A stretch of 64,000 nt of DNA. It comes from Octopus sinensis. Taxonomy: Eukaryota. The notes beneath the pieces are model-generated. The model had not been told where the DNA came from and made no database searches. It saw only the letters and a program-made list of their open reading frames with translations. How positions within the stretch are numbered: the stretch's first letter is position 1; each line of letters begins with the position of its first letter. Made by a program: the position numbers and the translations under genes. The stretch is taken from NCBI RefSeq assembly GCF_006345805.1, contig NC_043011.1, forward strand, positions 59,470,464 through 59,534,463. Reading direction: 5' to 3'. Shown here piece after piece: positions 25,611-37,734 of this stretch.

Positions 25611-25987
25611 GGATCTTTTCGGTTTAACCGGCAGTTTTTTAAAATAATTTCCACGTAACTAAACACTTTTATTCAGAAAATTCTATAGTTTGTAAGATAT
25701 TTGTTGTTGTTTTTCTTCAATTTCTGCAATTTCAACCAATCAGTGACGTCTATTGAAGTGAAAACATTCTGTGCCGTATGAATATGTCCCTCGTTTAAGA
25801 AACACATTGGGTATATTTACATTTCTGAAGAAAAAAAGATACCCTTCCCCCACCCCTAACCCTAACTAACCCTAACTCTAACTCTAACACAGATTGAAAT
25901 GCAATAGATCGATACTAGGGTCATAATTATGGGTGACAATTTCGTATGACACCGCTAGAAAAACTGCCGGTCAAACCGTAAAGATCC
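25611..25987. mobile_element. MITE-like element with 29-bp inverted ends and internal telomere-like repeats
   Basis: GGATCTTTTCGGTTTAACCGGCAGTTTTT versus AAAAACTGCCGGTCAAACCGTAAAGATCC; CCCTAACCCTAACTAACCCTAACTCTAAC at about 25854-25888. Confidence 0.75.
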
Positions 25988-26077
25988 AAGCTGCCTCACT
26001 CAAATATCTTCTTTTTAGTAGAAACAGTCTTTTTCGTTTCGATATTATTGCCGCAGACTATTTCATCAAACTATATA

Positions 26078-26675
26078 CAGGGTCAGGCAAAATGATCTGA
26101 CACATTTGTAGGTTAAATAAAAGGCAAATGAAGTAAAGAAACAAAAAAGTGTTTTTATTTTTGAAAAGTACATATAATGCCATTTTGTTTCATTATGTTT
26201 TAAAAATTAAATCAGTCAAATGGGATCCATTATTGTCCACACACTGTCGAAGGCGTTCACGAAAGTTGCCAATAACTCAGCAGGTCATTTCATGTGGAAT
26301 GGCAGTAATTTCTTGACGAATTGCATCTTTAAGTTGTTCAATAGATCGAGGGCAATTAATGTATACCTTTGACTTGAGGTATCCCCAGAGACAAAAATCG
26401 CACGGATTTAAATCAGAGACTTTTCTCAGACCAAAATTGAATATGCTCCACGATATGGACAATGTTTGGTTTCAACAGGATGGGGCAACAGCCCACACTT
26501 GTCGACGTGCGATGGGGATTTTGAGGAATATCTTCCCTGGTCATTTGATCTCATTGCGTGGTGACATCGGTTGGCCCGCCCGTTCACCTGATTTAAATCC
26601 GTGCGATTTTGTTTCTTTACTTCATTTGCCTTTTATTTAACCTACAAATGTGTCAGATCATTTTGCCTGACCCTG
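26078..26675. mobile_element. Rearranged non-autonomous Tc1/mariner (maT/DD37D-like) element
   Basis: 69-bp perfect inverted ends, TA on both sides; plus strand WFQQDGATAH..WPARSPDLNPCDF; minus strand DLNPCDFCLWGYLKSKVY..RERLRQCVDNNGSHL. Confidence 0.93.
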
Positions 26676-26684
26676 TATATATAC

Positions 26685-26935
26685 TGGCACGACGTCAGTA
26701 ACAACGACCCGTGTTGCAGTTGCTCCGGTCAACGGAACAGCTTGCTCGTGAAATTAACTTGCAGGTAACTGAGACGCGAACCCTTAACCTAGTTCTCAGG
26801 AAGATTCAGTGCGACTGGGACTGGGCTGAACCAACTCCTTTTTACCAGCGGAGTGGACTGCAGCAATGCCAAATAAAATGTTTTGCTCAAGGACTCAACG
26901 AACCACCTGGAATCGGGAAGTAAGCCACGCACCTT
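26685..26935 (-). mobile_element. SINE related to 6650-6917
   Basis: CAACGGAACAGCTTGCTCGTGAAATTAACTTGCA is the reverse complement of the 6840-6875 body. Confidence 0.75.
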
Positions 26936-26948
26936 CCACAGTATATAT

Positions 26949-26982
<34 letters not shown>

Positions 26983-27401
26983 TCATTCGTACTACTCTAT
27001 GTATAAATCACAATGAAGTAAAAATTCTCAGTAATACCTCCCCCAACTTCATGTATTAAAATAAATATAGTTAACAGATATGATGTGATCCTTTTTTTTT
27101 TGTCACTGTTTGATGATTTGCTTTGTTCCCAGCTAACAAGGGAATATTTGTTTATTCATTAATAAATATCAATTTGAAACACTGTTTGTTCTGTGGGTTT
27201 TTTAACCGTTCACTAGCGTGAAATACAAGGGTTATACTGCACCCGATATTTCTAAGTTAATGGAACGCTTTTTGTTGCATTCTAAATGAAAAAAAAAAAA
27301 AAAAAAAACATTACTAGCTTCCCGCTCAATCCATAATCTTTTATTGAAATTATTGGCCTTGTGACAAAATTTGAAACCAATATAATTACTAAATGCAACG
27401 A

Positions 27402-27600
27402 AATGCGGTGAGCTGACAGAATCGTTAATACATCGGATAAAATTCTTTGAAACATTTCTTTCGGTTCAACAATTACTGAGATCAAATCCCGCCGAGGTGA
27501 ACTTTGCTTCTCATTTCTTCGACGTCGGTAATATCAAGTACCATTCCAGAACTGGAGACGATGTAATCGACTTCACCTTTCGATATTTTGAGCCTTGAAT
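27402..27600 (+). mobile_element. SINE family A (degenerate)
   Basis: GCGGTGAGCTGACAGAATCGTTAA head; CCGCCGAGGTGAACTTTGC core. Confidence 0.8.
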
Positions 27601-28168
27601 CCTTCAACGAACCAGACATCCGTTGAGAAAGATTGTCGTCATCTTAGTTACCTGGATAACCGGCTTCCCCAAAAGGAGATCGATAGAATAAATATCATGT
27701 TTAGAAATTAAATACTGAGGTCAATTCGTTCAACTAAAATTCTTCAAGGGCGTGCTCCAGCAAGGCCGTAGTCTAATGAAAGAAGTAAAAGAACACTCTA
27801 TTTTCCTCAAGAGTAATGGAATCAATACTCTTCACGAGATACTCAGCCACTTCCCTCTACCGTTCTTATACATTCCATGTATTTTCTTCATATTATGCAT
27901 TTCCGCAGTTCTTTATTTTCTCTTCTTCTTTCTCGCCATTGCTTTCCACTTTTATGAACAGACTCTGCCAACCATGCAGCATCCAATTAATTTTCCAAAA
28001 TATTTCACTCTCCTCTCTTTGACACTGTCCAATAGAATTTTCCAAAGTTTTTACAGCTTCTCAATACGGCTTCGTTTGTTTTATGTTCAATCTATTTCAC
28101 GTAATCGCCTCTTTTATTTGGTCATAATTTTCTTAAAGACTATGTTTTACGTACATACATACATTCAT

Positions 28169-28202
<34 letters not shown>

Positions 28203-28314
28203 GGGTAGAATTAGCACTAAAACTAATACATCTCGTTTCCTGTTTAACCATTCTGTGTCACCTGCGCAAAGACGTCATGCAAATTTGCGAAGCGTTCCAT
28301 ATTTTCTCCGCTTA

Positions 28315-28498
28315 GTCACAGACACAAATGTATGGTTAAGAAGCTCGCCTTGCAGCCACGGGTTTTGGGTTCAGTTCCACTGTGCATCACCTTAAGTAAT
28401 TGTCTTTTTTTTTTTACTATAGCTCCAGGCCGACCCAATAATACCTCCTAGTGAATTTAGTAGACAAAAACTATTTGTAGCCCATCATTTACTCTGTG

Positions 28499-28535
<37 letters not shown>

Positions 28536-28736
28536 CATAATTAAATCTCAGAATGAGATTGAAACAGTAATCGCTCGATAATGTAAAGTATAGAAGCCAT
28601 CTTATCATGGCTAACTCAGGCTTGCGGAGAAGGGATGGCCTCCCTTTGCAAATACTTCAAGGGCACTGATATGGTGTCTAAAGCCAGCTAGAGACGACGA
28701 TCTCTTGGGGCTATAAAGCTACAGTAACACCCCCTC

Positions 28737-28784
<48 letters not shown>

Positions 28785-29510
28785 ATGTGTAAAGCGTCGA
28801 GCTGGGTGAATCGTTAGCACGCCGGGCTAAAGGCTTAGCGATATTTCGTCTGCCGTTACGTTCTGAGTTCAAATTCCGCCGTGGTAGACTTTGCCTTTCA
28901 TCCTTTCGGGGTCGATTGAATTAAATACCAGTTGCGTACTGAGGTCGATCTAATCGACTGACCCACTCCCGCCAAATTTCAGGCCTTGTGCCTAGAGTAG
29001 AAAAGTATATATTTGTATGTGTGCCTATATAAATGTGTGCGTGCGTAGCGTACGTTTGCGTTTGTCCACCACAACTTCTTGCTCTTGACCAGTGGTGTTG
29101 TTTTGCTTACGCCGTCAGCGTAACGTAGCGGTTTGGCAAAATAATCGATTGAATAGAGTACCAGACTTTAGCACTTGAAACTGCAGGCGATTTTACATCG
29201 ATACGACCATTACCGGAGGAAAGGAAATATTTTACGGCACTTCTCAATAATGAGATTGTAAACGTTATTGTGCAAGAGAATAACAATTATCATAGATTTT
29301 GTGCTTATTTAGAGTGAAAATAAGCAAAGACACCACTAACTTTAAGACCGCGAGTCTGCTGCCCTAAAAACTGGGTCATTGTGCCTCCACTGAAACCGTG
29401 GCTGTTATTTAACGATTAAATAAAAGCACAGCAGACGAGTTGTTTGGTTAATCATTTCAAGGTGCTGTCTCAGCATGACCCCAGTCCAATGACCGAAACG
29501 AATAAATGAA
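28315..29510 (+). mobile_element. Interrupted SINE B: head 28315-28490, 3' parts 29040-29180 and 29440-29510
   Basis: Collinear halves in the same orientation, separated at the internal microsatellite by other repeats. Confidence 0.6.
28792..29008 (+). mobile_element. SINE family A, A2 tail
   Basis: Head, B box, core, CAGGCCTTGTGCCTAGAGTAGAAAAG tail. Confidence 0.92.
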
Positions 29511-30159
29511 AATGTTTAATACCAGTCACATTTAACGAAGAATTTAATTGTCTGCACCACATCAATTCCTAGCAAACATAGACCCTCTGTCAATGTCAGA
29601 AATCACGATTTTTTTACTAATGACTATTTCATTCGAATCGATTAATTTAGAACGAATAATTGGTACATATTTTTGACATCCTATATTTGTGCACTCTTTC
29701 GCTTGTTTGTGCTTCAACTAATTCTGTTCTACTACTACTACTACTACTACTACATAAAAAACCACTTATAGTTAAACACTTAATTTACTCACTCTCTACT
29801 ATCTTATTTCAAACTCGTGTTTGGGCTGACATTTACGAGATGCTTTAATGAGAAATAATAACATCTAATAAAATGCCTGTATTCGTTGCTAAATTATCCT
29901 TTTTGCTGCCAATACATCACACAACAGAAATTGGAATGCGAAGTTCCTTCTGTAAGGTTTCCTAACGGTTTCGTCCATAATACGAGAATGATGTACATCG
30001 TTGTCATTAATCCTTCGCAAAGTAAATGAGAGGGAGACGGTGGGGCTGGGAATCCTCACGCTCGTTCAACCTTCTAGAAATAGCAGCCTAATCTTACTCA
30101 TATTATACACTATCATCATTAAAAAAAGTAAAAGTTGTTTGACTAACGTAGTGCTACAT

Positions 30160-30329
30160 CAGGGTTTCCTAAACAGGGGTGCTCGCGAACAGGGCTGGAT
30201 TTATAGGTGGTCAAAGACGGCAATTAGCCCGGGCTACTTTATTCTTATATAAATTATAGCTTTAAGGGGTGCGAGAAGATATTAAAAGTGTTTAGAGGTG
30301 CAGGGCACAACAAAGGTTGGGAGCCACCG
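30160..30329. mobile_element. hAT-type MITE
   Basis: Ends CAGGGTTTCCTAAAC / GGTTGGGAGCCACCG; 8-bp TSD TGCTACAT / TTGTACAT. Confidence 0.7.
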
Positions 30330-32127
30330 TTGTACATAGATAACACCTGAAAACGTGGGAATGTTGCAGGAATGCATTAAGCCTCATTTACCTGGAATGC
30401 ATTTAATCATGAGTTTACCTGATCATGGCTGACCTTCAGTTAAAAAACAACAACAATAACAAATTAATTTGATCCACTTCGACTATAATGCAGTCAACTT
30501 TACCTGATCGCTTAATTCACTACAAATAACAGGCAAATCTCACTAAATAAATGTGTGTGGGGGTGTCTTTTGTCTTCATCCACCACTTGACAACCGGTAT
30601 TGCTTTGTTTACGTCCCCGAAAGAGAGCAGTTCTACAAAAGAGACCGATAAAATAAGTACCAGGTATAAGCAAAAATATGGCACAAGGGACGGTAAGTAC
30701 CAGTTGTGCACAGGGCGACTTACCATCTCCCCGAAACTGCTGTCCTTCGACCAAAATTTGCAACCAGTATACTAATGGGAAGGATTTGTCAAAATCGTTA
30801 GATCACCAAACGAAAATAATCTTCAACGGTACCTATTTTCGGGACCAAACGTTCTCAGTTCAAATCTTACCAACACTAACCTTGTCTCTTATCATTCCGA
30901 AATTGAGTATTTGTAATTAACTTTTTCCCCTCGAAAAATCAATTGGGCCGAACTCCCTACTTTGTGGTTACCTTTGATCTTATCCGACCAGATCTCAAAC
31001 TATTTACTCCATGCGTGTCTCGAATAAATAAATCGGAAAATACATATTAAGTTATTGTATTGGACAATTTTGCGTTGGAGTCTCTCCAGTAGTATTATGT
31101 AACAGAATCTCCAATCAATGACAAACTACAGTGGAACTGTTTGCTATTTTGTAACATTACCATTCCTGCAATACAGAGTCATTATAACCACAACTGAGAT
31201 CGATTCTTCTCTTTTTGTTTAGTTATTGCTGTTGTTGTTATTGTTGTCGTTGTAAAATTAATCCCTACTATTCTCTAATATTTCTTCTTTCCAACATATA
31301 CATTGGCAAAGAAACTTTTTTGAAAACTACTTCTAATTCCTCCGCACACATAGAGCGAGTTATTTAAGGAAAACAAACCTTTGTCGCTCGTGGCGTTCGG
31401 GTTTGTTTTTCTTTTCTCATTTTTTTTTCTTCTTCTTTTCTTTCTCCTTTCCTTCCTTTCGCTTCACCTCTACCACCATATCATCTTCATTCACCTCTTG
31501 TTGTTGCACCTCCCTCCTCACCTACCTGCACTTTATCCGATCATTCCTCATTCACTGCCAACTGAAAGGACAGGAGAAAAATCGATGAATCAATAGCTAT
31601 TTCGGGATAATGTGATCAATCATAACCACAGGACTTTCTCTTATTTTCTCATGTTTTATTTACCACGGCATTTCAAATATTACAAAATGACAGAGATATA
31701 CAAATGCGAACATAAACACACCCGGAATGACACGCACAAACATGCCGAGAAATACACGCATAGACACACACGCCCCCCCACACACACACACAGACACCAT
31801 ACACAACACACATACATGCATGCGCGCGCACAAACACATGCACAGAACATGGTTTCAAAGACAGGAGCCAAGAAGGCTTTTCCCTCTCGCCATACGACCT
31901 GCTAAAAAATTGCAGTCAAATTTACTTCAAATGTCACTTTATCATCTTCAATAAAAGAAAAAAAAAACTCGTTCGATAATATAACCTTAGACACTGCTAA
32001 TATATGAGATGGTCATGGCTAGAATTTCATTGATCATATGTCCACTTGAGCAACGTTGACCTCAGGCTTCTAGTGAGTTTCACTCGAAGAATGGGCGCGC
32101 TAGCATACCTTGACACCTTGAAATATA

Positions 32128-32268
32128 TATTTCTTTACTACCCACAAGGGGCTAAACACAGAGGGGACAATCAAGGACAGACAAAACGGATTAAGTCGAT
32201 TACATCGACCCCAGTGCGTAACTGGTACTTAATTAATCGACCCCGAAAGGATGAAAGGTAAAGTCGAT
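32128..32268 (-). mobile_element. 5'-truncated SINE A (A1 tail)
   Basis: ATTTCTTTACTACCCACAAGGGGCTAAACACAGAGGGGAC..CCCCGAAAGGATGAAAGG. Confidence 0.9.
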
Positions 32269-32879
32269 CTCATAGGCGCGCTAGCACACGTACACACACA
32301 AACATACACACATCATACACAGTTTCCGAGATATGAGCATCTCTCTTCTACCTCATAAAGCGAACAGTAGATTCATGGCGTGCTATTATTTGAAACTCAC
32401 GCCCAGGTATTTACCCGAATAAATATTACTTTTATGTATACTTTTCCTATGCCAATCAGCAATCTGTGTGCCGCTCATTTTAAAAAGTTTGTTTATAATT
32501 GCGGACTACTTACTTAACTGTCCTTCCGAAACAGGTGAAACAGTCCAACAATGAAATAGGTAAATCAGATGGCTTGCAAGGAAGGCGGGAAAACAACGGT
32601 TACATAACGGTCTTTACAGCCAACAGTTGAAGAGTCGTTCAGCGTAAACGGGTAATGCATTCTACATCGGGAATGGAATACCATTATTTTCCGGTTTGCT
32701 TTATTTCGAAGAATATATAAGTTAGATTAAGACTTCGTAAAGGCTTCTTTTTTTTCTCTTATTTTTTGCTTGTTTCACTCACTTGATTGCGGCCATGCTG
32801 GGGCACAGCGTTTAAGAATTTTAGTCGAACGAATTGACTCCACTGCTTGTTTTTCAAGACTGATACGTATCCTACGTGG

Positions 32880-32881
32880 GA

Positions 32882-32916
<35 letters not shown>

Positions 32917-33150
32917 CACACACACACATACACACACATACACACGCACACACACGCACACACACACACACGCACACACAACACACACACACACATACAC
33001 ACACATACACACACACACACGCACACACACACACACGCACACACAACACACACACACACACGCACACACACACACACACACAACACACACACACATACAC
33101 ACACGCACACACACACACACGCACGCACACACACACACACACACACACAC
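32880..33150. repeat. (CA)n-rich array
   Basis: Direct inspection. Confidence 0.95.
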
Positions 33151-33527
33151 AGCTATCGACATTCCTTCTACTCCATTCCGTTCAATTTTCTTTCTAAATA
33201 TTTCACATTATTTAGTGCAAAGCTTTCGATGCCGGAGTTGAAGCTGTGTTTATCTTAGCAATCGAGAATGTCGCAGTCCACCTCGACTACTATTAGCAAG
33301 TAGCGAATGTAGTTTGCCGTTTTAATGTGATTATAGAATCAAGCAATCTCAGTAATTTATTTCGCATTTCTTCATTGGTCGATTCTATATTTTCTAAACT
33401 TGATGACGCAAAACCCTCACCAACATGCGTCTGCACATAATGATGCGTCTTACCATTTTGTCTTTCCAATATTTGCATCGTCATTTTTACACGCATGCGC
33501 ACAAACACACACAAACACACGTATATA

Positions 33528-33908
33528 CTCTTTTACTTGCTTCAGTCATTTGACTGTGGCCATACTGGAGCACCGCCTTTAGTCGAGCAAATCGACCCCG
33601 GGACTTATTCTTTGTAAGCCCAGTACTTATTCTATCGGTCTCTTTTGCCGAACCGCTAAGTGACGGGGACGTAAACACACCAGCATCGGTTGTCAAGCCA
33701 TGCTAGGGGGACAAACACACACACACACATATATATACATATATACGACGGGCTTCTTTCAGTTTCCGTCTACCAAATCCACTCACAAGGCATTGGTCGG
33801 CCCGAGGGTATAGCAGAAGACACTTGCCCAAGATGCCACGCAATGGGACTGAACCCGGAACCATGTGGTTGGTAAGCAAGCTGCTTACCACACAGACACT
33901 CCTGCGCC

Positions 33909-33911
<3 letters not shown>
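33528..33911 (-). mobile_element. Full-length young SINE family B with internal (TA)/(TG) microsatellite
   Basis: Minus-strand head ATAGGCGCAGGAGTG.CTGTGTGGTAAG..GGTTCAGTCCC (A/B boxes); ends GACTGAAGCAAGTAAAAGAG. Confidence 0.95.
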
Positions 33912-33955
<44 letters not shown>

Positions 33956-33997
33956 TTATGTGTGTGTGTGTGTGTATGTGTGTATGTATGTATGTGT

Positions 33998-34310
33998 GTA
34001 GGTGAAGTCGCATGGCCTAGTGGTTAAGTGAGTTATACTAAGGATCATAAGATCATGGTTTCGATTCCCAGACTGTGTGTTGTGTTGATCTGAAGCAAAA
34101 CACCTCATCTCACGTCGTTCCAGTCCACTCAGCTGTGAATGGGTCACATCCCTGCAACGGACTGGCCCTACCCATCAGAGCGGATTTGTTTCGCTCGCCT
34201 AGTCAACGGTGTGGCATCATTCGAAAGCTAAAGCGATGCGAAGCGCATTGTGACCAGTGATGCATAACACAATCCAATTGTTTCATCGATCATGGGATCA
34301 CGTGATATAG
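33998..34310 (+). mobile_element. SINE family D
   Basis: A box TGGCCTAGTGG, B box GGTTTCGATTCC, CCAGTCCACTCAGCTG, tail TCACGTGA; tail recurs inverted at 37525-37650. Confidence 0.85.
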
Positions 34311-34396
34311 ACATATGATATTGGCTTTGTTCTTTTTTTCCCCCTTTCTACGGGTGTTTTATCTCTTCAGGAAGAAGACAATAACATTGGTCACTC

Positions 34397-34775
34397 AAGG
34401 CGGGAGGAAACGTTTAGCGGTATTTCGTCTGTCTTTACGTCCTGAATTCAAATTCCGCCGAGGTCGACTTTGCCTTTCATCCTTTCGGGGTCGATAAATT
34501 AAGTACCAGTTATGCACTGGGGTCGATCTAATTGACTTAATCCGTTTGTCTGTCCTTGTTTGTCCCCTCTGTAGCCCCTTGTGGGTAGTAAAGAAATAGG
34601 TATTTCGTCTGTCTTTACGTCCTGAATTCAAATTCCGCTGAGGTCGAATTTGACTTTTATCCTTTCGCGGTCGATAAATTAAGAAATTAAGTGCCAATTA
34701 CATATTGGTGTCGATCTAATTGACTGGCTCCTTCCCCAAGAATTTGAGGCCTTGTGCCTAGAGTAGAAAAGAATA
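34397..34775 (+). mobile_element. SINE A with two tandem internal units of about 181 bp
   Basis: GTATTTCGTCTGTCTTTACGTCCTGAATTCAAATTCCGC at 34420 and 34600; first unit has the A1 tail, second the A2 tail. Confidence 0.9.
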
Positions 34776-35149
34776 ACTTTGAGAACTCAAAATCTAAACA
34801 CACTCGCAGGAGTTTATGTCGGAATTCATTTCCCAGAGTAAAACATTCTCAGCGTTTTCCTTTAACTGATTAAACTTGTTATTGCTTAAAACTAGTGTAA
34901 CTTAGCGACACCAGATCCCTAGTAAACATATTTCTTGGATTTTTAAAATTAAAAGGCCAGCTAAGTAACTACATTTTAATTTTATTTCGAAACTAACGGA
35001 AGTGACTCCCTCAACCCCCATCTTTCGTTGCTTAACCGTTCCTCCTTGTTTCCTTGGTGTGTTATTTTGTCGATATTTTGATCTATTATATTTTTACTGT
35101 TCTTTTTTCTTTTTCTTTTCTAAATAATATTTTTTTGAAATAATATTGG

Positions 35150-35580
35150 TTTCTAATTTTGACACAAAACCAGCAATTTGGGGGGAGGGGTTAAGCCGGA
35201 TACATGGACCCCAGTGTTCAACTGGTACTTATTTTATCAATCCCGAAAGAATGAAAGGCAAAGCCAACCTCGGCGTAATTTGAACTCAGAACATAAACGC
35301 AGATGAAATATCGCTAAGCATTTCGTCCGGTGTGCTAACGATTGTAGGAGTTCACTGTCTTTGTTGCTTAGATAATCCTTTCTATTATAGGCTCAGGGCC
35401 TGAAATATGGGAGAGGGATATAGTCGATTGCATCGATCACATTACTCAGCTGGTACTTAATTTATCGACCCCGAAATGTAATGTCGACCTCGGCGGAATT
35501 TGAACCCAGAATGTAGCGACGGGCGAAATGCCGTTTAGTATTTCGTCCAGCGTGCTAACAATTCTGCCAGCTCACCGCCA
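35150..35580 (-). mobile_element. Two tandem SINE A copies
   Basis: Two cores and heads at 35150-35355 and 35382-35580. Confidence 0.9.
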
Positions 35581-36378
35581 TTTTTGTTGTTGAAACAATA
35601 TTAAATAAAGATAGATTTTATTTTTTTTTAAATAATGAAAACATTTAAGACTGGATTATTAAATGATGACTTGATAATCTCTCAGACTTGAATTCATTGT
35701 TAAGAGGAAATTAACTGATTTGTAGTTTCTTATTCATGAGAGATACAACATACTTTAGTTACATTTATACTTCGATATTCTTAAGTAAAACAGAAAATTG
35801 TAAACATGAAACAACAAGGTAATATTGAATTTCATATGCAAATGTTTGTGGTAGAACCGCAGGGATAATTTCAGCAAAAATCTATACGAAATAGTGTGTT
35901 ATATAAACGAAGAAAATTTCATATAGATTGTCAAAGAATCGGGAAAAGGTAAATATAAAATGCATGAGGCAGCAGAGTCTGGAACATTGCTTACAAAGGA
36001 AAAGCAAAACATGAAGCAATAAGGTTTTGGGCAGAAAACGATCAGGAAAATCTATTACTTGAGGAAATAGCTTCCAAATATCAAAATAGAGTGAGCGATT
36101 TCAAGATTGAATATACAATCCAGTTTAAAAGATATCTTATATGATTTGAATGAAAGATAAGCACATTGGCAACGAGAAAGATTAAGACATTCAGCAAATT
36201 CGTTTTCGAACACAAAGGAACTCTATAGTGGCAAAATTACCGCAAAAAAAGAACAGAAAGAAAAATAAATATTTAACAAAATAATAAATTGGTATTATTA
36301 ATAGGAACGATATACCTCTATAGAAAACCCGCAATAGAAAACGGAGCAAAAAAGCAAGAAATCTCAAGAACATTAATG

Positions 36379-36605
36379 TATATATATATACATATATATA
36401 CTTATATATATATATAAGTATAATATATAAGTATATATATATATATATATATATACTTATATATATAAGTATATATATATAGGTATATATATGTATATAT
36501 ATATATATATAAGTATATATATATATAAGTATATATATGTATATATATACATATATATATATATATAAGTATATATATGTATATATATACATATATACTT
36601 ATATA

Positions 36606-36642
<37 letters not shown>

Positions 36643-36714
36643 AGTATATATATGTATATATATATAGGTATATATAAATATATATATGTATATATATGTA
36701 TATATATATATAGG

Positions 36715-36758
<44 letters not shown>
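36379..36758. repeat. (TA)n-based array with AAGT/TGT/TAC interruptions
   Basis: Direct inspection. Confidence 0.95.
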
Positions 36759-36760
<2 letters not shown>

Positions 36761-37482
36761 TTAATGTTCTTAAGATTTCTTGCTTTTTGGCTCCGTTTTA
36801 TGTATGTATATATATATATATATCTATATATTTATATTCATCCCAAACCTAGTGACAGACAGGCATCAAAGAGATTAAAGTAAATGTTGAATAAAATCTT
36901 CAAAGAGCGGAGAAAAAAAAGCTTTTGATGTACACCACATGAAAATTATGCGGTACGTTTCCAAACGATTTGGACGCCCATTTTGTTTCTTTGATCGAAG
37001 CATTACATGAAGAAATATGTGGAACAGGAATAAATAGGCTTATTTATCTAAAGCATTCTTAAATGTAGCTGAGGAAAATTTGTGCTATAGCAACCTCGCA
37101 CCTCACTCTGTATCTGACGACTGCTCATTATGAAATAAGTCCCGATAAATTTGCTAGAGTATTTGCAGGCTAAGTTCCCTTTTTGTGCAAATTTTCGCAC
37201 AAAGGACAACCTCTAAAATCTCGTACACTAAAGATATTTAATTATTTAATTACTTAAGCTCTTCACTCCCTCTAGAAGTTAAGCCAGCAACAACATTTCT
37301 GCACTCTTTTCGAATCTGGACTATCTTTTATACTTCACTTCAGCTGATTCCCTGCTTTTTCAAATCTGTCTCATCGGCTTTTAATGGCAAACCGATGAGG
37401 ATGCATCGTAGCTCTTCACCCCCACATTCGAAACTCCGAGTACAAATTATGACAAGCGTTTACTGTTTGCTCTAACTTATAT

Positions 37483-37524
<42 letters not shown>

Positions 37525-37525
<1 letters not shown>

Positions 37526-37650
37526 CACGTGATCACGTGATCACGTGACCGACCAGATTATCAGATGTTGCTACACATCGCTGGTCACAATGCGGTCGCA
37601 TTGTTTTAACCTTCGAATGACGCTACCCCGCTGGCTAAGCGAGCAGGCCA
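37525..37650 (-). mobile_element. SINE D 3' fragment with (TCACGTGA)n tail
   Basis: CATCGCTGGTCACAATGCG..CCTTCGAATGACGC matches 34215-34265 inverted. Confidence 0.85.
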
Positions 37651-37651
37651 A

Positions 37652-37734
<83 letters not shown>

